A DNA stretch of 64,000 bases from Auanema rhodensis (taxonomy: Eukaryota; Animalia; Nematoda): positions 19,034,001 through 19,098,000 of the forward strand of contig OZ059900.1 of assembly GCA_964057225.1 (NCBI GenBank), given 5' to 3'. Positions 52,901 to 64,000 of the stretch are shown here, piece after piece. Both the position numbers and the translations under genes were made by a program. The notes under the pieces are model-generated. The model was not told the origin of the DNA. It saw only the letters and a program-made list of their open reading frames with translations, and searched no databases. Within the stretch, counting starts at the first letter, position 1. Each line of letters opens with the position of its first letter.

Positions 52901-55900
52901 ACTCATGCAATGTCAATGAAACCTAGCTCAAAATTGTTCGTACAACGTCTAGTTCCACTTTCACGACAAAAAAACAGGGGTTAGAAAATTAAGGAAATTA
53001 GCATATTCTGAGGGCACGCCCCTTATGGCTAATATTGATTAAATCGATTTTTGTTCATATGAGTCGTCAAATGCAACGAATTTCAGCGTGTTACACACTA
53101 AAATGAAGCATTTCACATGCTGAACACTAGAAGAATACAAAAACACAGTATTTCCCATGAGAAATATTTTATTATGCTGGAAAACCAGTTTTTCGAAATT
53201 TCGCTGTAAACAAGGTTTTGACTTACGATTTCATGTGTTCAAACTCATGCAATGTCAATGAAACCTAGCTCAAAATTGTTCGTACAACGTCTAGTTCCAC
53301 TTTCACGACAAAAAAACAAGGGTTAGAAAATTAAGGAAATTAGCATATTCTGAGGGCACGCCCCTTATGGCTAATATTGATTAAATCGATTTTTGTTCAT
53401 ATGAGTCGTCAAATGCAACGAATTTCAGCGTGTTACATACTAAAATGAAGCATTTTACATGCTGAACACTAGAAAAATACAAAAACACAGTATTTCCCAT
53501 GAGAATTATTTTATTATGCTGGAAAACCAGTTTTTGGAAATTTCGCTGTAAACAAGGTTTTGACTTACGATTTCATGTGTTCAAACTCATGCAATGTCAA
53601 TGAAACCTAGCTCAAAATTGTTCGTACAACGTCTAGTTCCACTTTCACGACAAAAAAACAGGGGTTAGAAAATTAAGGAAATTAGCATATTCTGAGGGCA
53701 CGCCCCTTATGGCTAATATTGATTAAATCGATTTTTGTTCATATGAGTCGTCAAATGCAACGAATTTCAGCGTGTTATATACTAAAATGAAGCATTTTAC
53801 ATGCTGAACACTAGAAAAATACAAAAACACAGTATTTCCCATGAGAAATATTTTATCATGCTGGAAAACCAGTTTTTGGAAATTTCGCTGTAAACAAGGT
53901 TTTGACTTACGATTTCATGTGTTCAAACTCATGCAATGTCAATGAAACCTAGCTCAAAATTGTTCGTACAACGTCTAGTTCCACTTTCACGACAAAAAAA
54001 CAGGGGTTAGAAAATTAAGGAAATTAGCATATTCTGAGGGCACGCCCCTTATGGCTAATATTGATTAAATCGATTTTTGTTCATATGAGTCGTCAAATGC
54101 AACGAATTTCAGCGTGTTATATACTAAAATGAAGCATTTTACATGCTGAACACTAGAAAAATACAAAAACACAGTATTTCCCATGAGAAATATTTTATCA
54201 TGCTGGAAAACCAGTTTTTGGAAATTTCGCTGTAAACAAGGTTTTGACTTACGATTTCATGTGTTCAAACTCATGCAATGTCAATGAAACCTAGCTCAAA
54301 ATTGTTTGTACAACGTCTAGTTCCACTTTCACGACAAAAAAACAAGGGTTAGAAAATTAAGGAAATTAGCATATTCTGAGGGCACGCCCCTTATGGCTAA
54401 TATTGATTAAATCGATTTTTGTTCATATGAGTCGTCAAATGCAACGAATTTCAGCGTGTTGCAAACTAAAATGAAGCATTTTACATGCTGAACACTAGAA
54501 AAATACAAAAACACAGTATTTCCCATGAGAAATATTTTATTATGCTGGAAAACCAGTTTTTGGAAATTTCGCTGTAAACAAGGTTTTGACTTACGATTTC
54601 ATGTGTTCAAACTCATGCAATGTCAATGAAACCTAGCTCAAAATTGTTTGTACAACGTCTAGTTCCACTTTCACGACAAAAAAACAGGGTTAGAAAATTA
54701 AGGAAATTAGCATATTCTGAGGGCACGCCCCTTATGGCTAATATTGATTAAATCGATTTTTGTTCATATGAGTCGTCAAATGCAACGAATTTCAGCGTGT
54801 TACATACTAAAATGAAGCATTTTACATGCTGAACACTAGAAAAATACAAAAACACAGTATTTCCCATGAGAAATATTTTATTATGCTGGAAAACCAGTTT
54901 TTGGAAATTTCGCTGTAAACAAGGTTTTGACTTACGATTTCATGTGTTCAAACTCATGCAATGTCAATGAAACCTAGCTCAAAATTGTTCGTACAACGTC
55001 TAGTTCCACTTTCAATACAAAAAAACAGGGGTTAGAAAATTAAGGAAATTAGCATATTCTGAGGGCACGCCCCTTATGGCTAATATTGATTAAATCGATT
55101 TTTGTTCATATGAGTCGTCAAATGCAACGAATTTCAGCGTGTTACATACTAAAATGAAGCATTTTACATGCTGAACACTAGAAAAATACAAAAACACAGT
55201 ATTTCCCATGAGAAATATTTTATCATGCTGGAAAACCAGTTTTTGGAAATTTCGCTGTAAACAAGGTTTTGACTTACGATTTCATGTGTTCAAACTCATG
55301 CAATGTCAATGAAACCTAGCTCAAAATTGTTCGTACAACGTCTAGTTCCACTTTCACGACAAAAAAACAGGGGTTAGAAAATTAAGGAAATTAGCATATT
55401 CTGAGGGCACGCCCCTTATGGCTAATATTGATTAAATCGATTTTTGTTCATATGAGTCGTCAAATGCAACGAATTTCAGCGTGTTACAAACTAAAATGAA
55501 GCATTTTACATGCTGAACACTAGAAAAATACAAAAACACAGTATTTCCCATGAGAAATATTTTATTATGCTGGAAAACCAGTTTTTGGAAATTTCGCTGT
55601 AAACAAGGTTTTGACTTACGATTTCATGTGTTCAAACTCATGCAATGTCAATGAAACCTAGCTCAAAATTGTTCGTACAACGTCTAGTTCCACTTTCACG
55701 ACAAAAAAACAGGGGTTAGAAAATTAAGGAAATTAGCATATTCTGAGGGCACGCCCCTTATGGCTAATATTGATTAAATCGATTTTTGTTCATATGAGTC
55801 GTCAAATGCAACGAATTGCAGCGTGTTACATACTAATATGAAGCATTTTACATGCTGAACACTAGAAAAATACAAAAACACAGTATTTCCCATGAGAAAT

Positions 55901-56911
55901 ATTTTATTATGCTGGAAAACCAGTTTTTGGAAATTTCGCTGTAAACAAGGTTTTGACTTACGATTTCATGTGTTCAAACTCATGCAATGTCAATGAAACC
56001 TAGCTCAAAATTGTTCGTACAACGTCTAGTTCCACTTTCTCGACAAAAAAACAGGGGTTAGAAAATTAAGGAAATTAGCATATTCTGAGGGCACGCCCCT
56101 TATGGCTAATATTGATTAAATCGATTTTTGTTCATATGAGTCGTCAAATGCAACGAATTTCAGCGTGTTACATACTAAAATGAAGCATTTTACATGCTGA
56201 ACACTAGAAAAATACAAAAACACAGTATTTCCCATGAGAAATATTTTATCATGCTGGAAAACCAGTTTTTGGAAATTTCGCTGTAAACAAGGTTTTGACT
56301 TACGATATCATGTGTTCAAACTCGTGCAATGTCAATGAAACCTAGCTCAAAATTGTTCGTACAACGTCTAGTTCCACTTTCACGACAAAAAAACAGGGGT
56401 TAGAAAATTAAGGAAATTAGCATATTCTGAGGGCACGCCCCTTATGGCTAATATTGATTAAATCGATTTTTGTTCATATGAGTCGTCAAATGCAACGAAT
56501 TTCAGCGTGTTACATACTAAAATGAAGCATTTTACATGCTGAACACTAGAAAAATACAAAAACACAGTATTTCCCATGAGAAATATTTTATCATGCTGGA
56601 AAACCAGTTTTTGGAAATTTCGCTGTAAACAAGGTTTTGACTTACGATTTCATGTGTTCAAACTCATGCAATGTCAATGAAACCTAGCTCAAAATTGTTT
56701 GTACAACGTCTAGTTCCACTTTCACGACAAAAAAACAGGGGTTAGAAAATTAAGGAAATTAGCATATTCTGAGGGCACGCCCCTTATGGCTAATATTGAT
56801 TAAATCGATTTTTGTTCATATGAGTCGTCAAATGCAACGAATTTCAGCGTGTTACAAACTAAAATGAAGCATTTTACATGCTGAACACTAGAAAAATACA
56901 AAAACACAGTG

Positions 56912-59900
56912 TTTCCCATGAGAAATATTTTATTATGCTGGAAAACCAGTTTTTGGAAATTTCGCTGTAAACAAGGTTTTGACTTACGATTTCATGTGTT
57001 CAAACTCATGCAATGTCAATGAAACCTAGCTCAAAATTGTTCGTACAACGTCTAGTTCCACTTTCACGACAAAAAAACAGGGGTTAGAAAATTAAGGAAA
57101 TTAGCATATTCTGAGGGCACGCCCCTTATGGCTAATATTGATTAAATCGATTTTTGTTCATATGAGTCGTCAAATGCAACGAATTTCAGCGTGTTACATA
57201 CTAAAATGAAGCATTTTACATGCTGAACACTAGAAAAATACAAAAACACAGTATTCCCCATGAGAAATATTTTATTATGCTGGAAAACCAGTTTTTGGAA
57301 ATTTCGCTGTAAACAAGGTTTTGACTTACGATTTCATGTGTTCAAACTCATGCAATGTCAATGAAACCTAGCTCAAAATTGTTCGTACAACGTCTAGTTC
57401 CACTTTCACGACAAAAAAACAGGGGTTAGAAAATTAAGGAAATTAGCATATTCTGAGGGCACGCCCCTTATGGCTAATATTGATTAAATCGATTTTTGTT
57501 CATATGAGTCGTCAAATGCAACGAATTTCAGCGTGTTACATACTAAAATGAAGCATTTTACATGCTGAACACTAGAAAAATACAAAAACACAGTATTTCC
57601 CATGAGAAATATTTTATTATGCTGGAAAACCAGTTTTTGGAAATTTCGCTGTAAACAAGGTTTTGACTTACGATTTCATGTGTTCAAACTCATGCAATGT
57701 CAATGAAACCTAGCTCAAAATTGTTCGTACAACGTCTAGTTCCACTTTCACGACAAAAAAACAGGGGTTAGAAAATTAAGGAAATTAGCATATTCTGAGG
57801 GCACGCCCCTTATGGCTAATATTGATTAAATCGATTTTTGTTCATATGAGTCGTCAAATGCAACGAATTTCAGCGTGTTACATACTAAAATGAAGCATTT
57901 TACATGCTGAACACTAGAAAAATACAAAAACACAGTATTTCAAATGAGAAATATTTTATTATGCTGGAAAACCAGTTTTTGGAAAGTTCGCTGTAAACAA
58001 GGTTTTGACTTACGATTTCATGTGTTCAAACTCATGCAATGTCTATGAAACCTAGCTCAAAATTGTTCGTACAACGTCTAGTTCCACTTTCACGACAAAA
58101 AAACAGGTGTTAGAAAATTAAGGAAATTAGCATATTCTGAGGGCACGCCCCTTATGGCTAATATTGATTAAATCGATTTTTGTTCATATGAGTCGTCAAA
58201 TGCAACGAATTTCAGCGTGTTACAAACTAAAATGAAGCATTTTACATGCTGAACACTAGAAAAATACAAAAACACAGTATTCCCCATGAGAAATATTTTA
58301 TTATGCTGGAAAACCAGTTTTTGGAAATTTCGCTGTAAACAAGGTTTTGACTTACGATTTCATGTGTTCAAACTCATGCAATGTCAATGAAACCTAGCTC
58401 AAAATTGTTCGTACAACGTCTAGTTCCACTTTCACGACAAAAAAACAGGGGTTAGAAAATTAAGGAAATTAGCATATTCTGAGGGCACGCCCCTTATGGC
58501 TAATATTGATTAAATCGATTTTTGTTCATATGAGTCGTGAAATGCAACGAATTTCAGCGTGTTACATACTAAAATGAAGCATTTTACATGCTGAACACTA
58601 GAAAAATACAAAAACACAGTATTTCCCATGAGAAATATTTTATTATGCTGGAAAACCAGTTTTTGGAAATTTCGCTGTAAACAAGGTTTTGACTTACGAT
58701 TTCATGTGTTCAAACTCATGCAATGTCAATGAAACCTAGCTCAAAATTGTTCGTACAACGTCTAGTTCCACTTTCACGACAAAAAAACAGGGGTTAGAAA
58801 ATTAAGGAAATTAGCATATTCTGAGGGCACGCCCCTTATGGCTAATATTGATTAAATCGATTTTTGTTCATATGAGTCGTCAAATGCAACGAATTTCAGC
58901 GTGTTACATACTAAAATGAAGCATTTTACATGCTGAACACTAGAAAAATACAAAAACACAGTATTTCAAATGAGAAATATTTTATTATGCTGGAAAACCA
59001 GTTTTTGGAAATTTCGCTGTAAACAAGGTTTTGACTTACGATTTCATGTGTTCAAACTCATGCAATGTCAATGAAACCTAGCTCAAAATTGTTCGTACAA
59101 CGTCTAGTTCCACTTTCACGACAAAAAAACAGGGGTTAGAAAATTAAGGAAATTAGCATATTCTGAGGGCACGCCCGTTATGGCTAATATTGATTAAATC
59201 GATTTTTGTTCATATGAGTCGTCAAATGCAACGAATTTCAGCGTGTTACAAACTAAAATGAAGCATTTTACATGCTGAACACTAGAAAAATACAAAAACA
59301 CAGTGTTTCCCATGAGAAATATTTTATTATGCTGGAAAACCAGTTTTTGGAAATTTCGCTGTAAACAAGGTTTTGACTTACGATTTCATGTGTTCAAACT
59401 CATGCAATGTCAATGAAACCTAGCTCAAAATTGTTCGTACAACGTCTAGTTCCACTTTCACGACAAAAAAACAGGGGTTAGAAAATTAAGGAAATTAGCA
59501 TATTCTGAGGGCACGCCCCTCATGGCTAATATTGATTAAATCGATTTTTGTTCATATGAGTCGTCAAATGCAACGAATTTCAGCGTGTTACATACTAAAA
59601 TGAAGCATTTTACATGCTGAACACTAGAAAAATACAAAAACACAGTATTTCCCATGAGAAATATTTTATTATGCTGGAAAACCAGTTTTTGGAAATTTCG
59701 CTGTAAACAAGGTTTTGACTTACGATTTCATGTGTTCAAACTCATGCAATGTCAATGAAACCTAGCTCAAAATTGTTCGTACAACGTCTAGTTCCACTTT
59801 CACGACAAAAAAACAGGGGTTAGAAAATTAAGGAAATTAGCATATTCTGAGGGCACGCCCCTTATGGCTAATATTGATTAAATCGATTTTTGTTCATATG

Positions 59901-62383
59901 AGTCGTCAAATGCAACGAATTTCAGCGTGTTACATACTAAAATGAAGCATTTTACATGCTGAACACTAGAAAAATACAAAAACACAGTATTCCCCATGAG
60001 AAATATTTTATTATGCTGGAAAACCAGTTTTTGGAAATTTCGCTGTAAACAAGGTTTTGACTTACGATTTCATGTGTTCAAACTCATGCAATGTCAATGA
60101 AACCTAGCTCAAAATTGTTCGTACAACGTCTAGTTCCACTTTCACGACAAAAAAACAGGGGTTAGAAAATTAAGGAAATTAGCATATTCTGAGGGCACGC
60201 CCCTTATGGCTAATATTGATTAAATCGATTTTTGTTCATATGAGTCGTCAAATGCAACGAATTTCAGCGTGTTACATACTAAAATGAAGCATTTTACATG
60301 CTGAACACTAGAAAAATACAAAAACACAGTATTTCCCATGAGAAATATTTTATTATGCTGGAAAACCAGTTTTTGGAAATTTCGCTGTAAACAAGGTTTT
60401 GACTTACGATTTCATGTGTTCAAACTCATGCAATGTCAATGAAACCTAGCTCAAAATTGTTCGTACAACGTCTAGTTCCACTTTCACGACAAAAAAACAG
60501 GGGTTAGAAAATTAAGGAAATTAGCATATTCTGAGGGCACGCCCCTTATGGCTAATATTGATTAAATCGATTTTTGTTCATATGAGTCGTCAAATGCAAC
60601 GAATTTCAGCGTGTTACATACTAAAATGAAGCATTTTACATGCTGAACACTAGAAAAATACAAAAACACAGTATTTCAAATGAGAAATATTTTATTATGC
60701 TGGAAAACCAGTTTTTGGAAATTTCGCTGTAAACAAGGTTTTGACTTACGATTTCATGTGTTCAAACTCATGCAATGTCAATGAAACCTAGCTCAAAATT
60801 GTTCGTACAACGTCTAGTTCCACTTTCACGACAAAAAAACAGGGGTTAGAAAATTAAGGAAATTAGCATATTCTGAGGGCACGCCCCTTATGGCTAATAT
60901 TGATTAAATCGATTTTTGTTCATATGAGTCGTCAAATGCAACGAATTTCAGCGTGTTACAAACTAAAATGAAGCATTTTACATGCTGAACACTAGAAAAA
61001 TACAAAAACACAGTATTCCCCATGAGAAATATTTTATTATGCTGGAAAACCAGTTTTTGGAAATTTCGCTGTAAACAAGGTTTTGACTTACGATTTCATG
61101 TGTTCAAACTCATGCAATGTCAATGAAACCTAGCTCAAAATTGTTCGTACAACGTCTAGTTCCACTTTCACGACAAAAAAACAGGGGTTAGAAAATTAAG
61201 GAAATTAGCATATTCTGAGGGCACGCCCCTTATGGCTAATATTGATTAAATCGATTTTTGTTCATATGAGTCGTCAAATGCAACGAATTTCAGCGTGTTA
61301 CATACTAAAATGAAGCATTTTACATGCTGAACACTAGAAAAATACAAAAACACAGTATTTCCCATGAGAAATATTTTATTATGCTGGAAAACCAGTTTTT
61401 GGAAATTTCGCTGTAAACAAGGTTTTGACTTACGATTTCATGTGTTCAAACTCATGCAATGTCAATGAAACCTAGCTCAAAATTGTTCGTACAACGTCTA
61501 GTTCCACTTTCACGACAAAAAAACAGGGGTTAGAAAATTAAGGAAATTAGCATATTCTGAGGGCACGCCCCTTATGGCTAATATTGATTAAATCGATTTT
61601 TGTTCATATGAGTCGTCAAATGCAACGAATTTCAGCGTGTTACATACTAAAATGAAGCATTTTACATGCTGAACACTAGAAAAATACAAAAACACAGTAT
61701 TTCAAATGAGAAATATTTTATTATGCTGGAAAACCAGTTTTTGGAAATTTCGCTGTAAACAAGGTTTTGACTTACGATTTCATGTGTTCAAACTCATGCA
61801 ATGTCAATGAAACCTAGCTCAAAATTGTTCGTACAACGTCTAGTTCCACTTTCACGACAAAAAAACAGGGGTTAGAAAATTAAGGAAATTAGCATATTCT
61901 GAGGGCACGCCCCTTATGGCTAATATTGATTAAATCGATTTTTGTTCATATGAGTCGTCAAATGCAACGAATTTCAGCGTGTTACAAACTAAAATGAAGC
62001 ATTTTACATGCTGAACACTAGAAAAATACAAAAACACAGTGTTTCCCATGAGAAATATTTTATTATGCTGGAAAACCAGTTTTTGGAAATTTCGCTGTAA
62101 ACAAGGTTTTGACTTACGATTTCATGTGTTCAAACTCATGCAATGTCAATGAAACCTAGCTCAAAATTGTTCGTACAACGTCTAGTTCCACTTTCACGAC
62201 AAAAAAACAGGGGTTAGAAAATTAAGGAAATTAGCATATTCTGAGGGCACGCCCCTCATGGCTAATATTGATTAAATCGATTTTTGTTCATATGAGTCGT
62301 CAAATGCAACGAATTTCAGCGTGTTACATACTAAAATGAAGCATTTTACATGCTGAACACTAGAAAAATACAAAAACACAGTA
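56912..62383 (-). repeat. 8-mer higher-order duplication in inverted SatA (2736 bp x2)
   Basis: Plus-strand markers recur at +2736: TATTCCCC 57255/59991 and 58281/61017; TTCAAATG 57941/60677 and 58967/61703; AGTGTTT 59305/62041; CCTCATG 59521/62257. Confidence 0.88.
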
Positions 62384-64000
62384 TTCCCCATGAGAAATAT
62401 TTTATTATGCTGGAAAACCAGTTTTTGGAAATTTCGCTGTAAACAAGGTTTTGACTTACGATTTCATGTGTTCAAACTCATGCAATGTCAATGAAACCTA
62501 GCTCAAAATTGTTCGTACAACGTCTAGTTCCACTTTCACGACAAAAAAACAGGGGTTAGAAAATTAAGGAAATTAGCATATTCTGAGGGCACGCCCCTTA
62601 TGGCTAATATTGATTAAATCGATTTTTGTTCATATGAGTCGTCAAATGCAACGAATTTCAGCGTGTTACATACTAAAATGAAGCATTTTACATGCTGAAC
62701 ACTAGAAAAATACAAAAACACAGTATTTCCCATGAGAAATATTTTATTATGCTGGAAAACCAGTTTTTGGAAATTTCGCTGTAAACAAGGTTTTGACTTA
62801 CGATTTCATGTGTTCAAACTCATGCAATGTCAATGAAACCTAGCTCAAAATTGTTCGTACAACGTCTAGTTCCACTTTCACGACAAAAAAACAGGGGTTA
62901 GAAAATTAAGGAAATTAGCATATTCTGAGGGCACGCCCCTTATGGCTAATATTGATTAAATCGATTTTTGTTCATATGAGTCGTCAAATGCAACGAATTT
63001 CAGCGTGTTACATACTAAAATGAAGCATTTTACATGCTGAACACTAGAAAAATACAAAAACACAGTATTTCAAATGAGAAATATTTTATTATGCTGGAAA
63101 ACCAGTTTTTGGAAATTTCGCTGTAAACAAGGTTTTGACTTACGATTTCATGTGTTCAAACTCATGCAATGTCAATGAAACCTAGCTCAAAATTGTTCGT
63201 ACAACGTCTAGTTCCACTTTCACGACAAAAAAACAGGGGTTAGAAAATTAAGGAAATTAGCATATTCTGAGGGCACGCCCCTTATGGCTAATATTGATTA
63301 AATCGATTTTTGTTCATATGAGTCGTCAAATGCAACGAATTTCAGCGTGTTACAAACTAAAATGAAGCATTTTACATGCTGAACACTAGAAAAATACAAA
63401 AACACAGTGTTTCCCATGAGAAATATTTTATTATGCTGGAAAACCAGTTTTTGGAAATTTCGCTGTAAACAAGGTTTTGACTTACGATTTCATGTGTTCA
63501 AACTCATGCAATGTCAATGAAACCTAGCTCAAAATTGTTCGTACAACGTCTAGTTCCACTTTCACGACAAAAAAACAGGGGTTAGAAAATTAAGGAAATT
63601 AGCATATTCTGAGGGCACGCCCCTCATGGCTAATATTGATTAAATCGATTTTTGTTCATATGAGTCGTCAAATGCAACGAATTTCAGCGTGTTACATACT
63701 AAAATGAAGCATTTTACATGCTGAACACTAGAAAAATACAAAAACACAGTATTCCCCATGAGAAATATTTTATTATGCTGGAAAACCAGTTTTTGGAAAT
63801 TTCGCTGTAAACAAGGTTTTGACTTACGATTTCATGTGTTCAAACTCATGCAATGTCAATGAAACCTAGCTCAAAATTGTTCGTACAACGTCTAGTTCCA
63901 CTTTCACGACAAAAAAACAGGGGTTAGAAAATTAAGGAAATTAGCATATTCTGAGGGCACGCCCCTTATGGCTAATATTGATTAAATCGATTTTTGTTCA
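61100..64000 (-). repeat. 4-mer higher-order duplication in inverted SatA (period 1368)
   Basis: TTCAAATG 61703/63071, TTACAAAC 61986/63354, AGTGTTT 62041/63409, CCTCATG 62257/63625, TATTCCCC 62385/63753. Confidence 0.88.

Larger units (their letters stand above)
52901..64000 (-). repeat. Tandem satellite array, 342-bp monomer (SatA), inverted orientation, about 32.5 copies; runs off the right window edge
   Basis: ACTCATGCAATGTCAATGAAACCTAGCTC...ACAGGGGTTAGAA is the reverse complement of SatA positions 86 to 1. Period 342 thereafter. Confidence 0.99.

Noticed and set aside
1-64000. CRISPR array or other repeat-spacer system
   Set aside because: Units are contiguous near-identical monomers of 342 or 232 bp with no unique spacers and no cas genes.
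52901-64000. Inverted arm as a fold-back sequencing or assembly artefact
   Set aside because: Its SNP pattern does not mirror the forward arm and SatB itself is not mirrored. Read-level confirmation is still desirable.

Overview
The whole window is non-coding tandem satellite DNA, most likely eukaryotic (peri)centromeric or heterochromatic sequence. I see no credible gene, RNA gene, CRISPR array or transposase. There are three blocks. (1) 1-40236: about 117.6 head-to-tail copies of an AT-rich 342-bp monomer ('SatA', about 34% GC by hand count). (2) 40233-52888: 54 full copies plus one partial copy of an unrelated 232-bp monomer ('SatB', about 31% GC), six of them shortened to 225 bp. (3) 52901-64000: about 32.5 copies of SatA in the opposite orientation. 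SatB therefore sits at the centre of a large inverted repeat (macro-dyad) of SatA. Diagnostic SNPs reveal many local higher-order duplications (3-, 4-, 7- and 8-mers) and block copies 13 and 18 kb apart. The left junction has a 4-bp microhomology at the apex of a SatA hairpin. The right junction has a short filler that looks templated. The two SatA arms carry largely different SNP sets, so the inversion is not a recent fold-back. Two speculative signals are a degenerate 2x171 substructure in SatA and a degenerate hammerhead-like motif in SatB. I cannot identify the organism or name either satellite family from sequence alone. All variant calls were made by eye.
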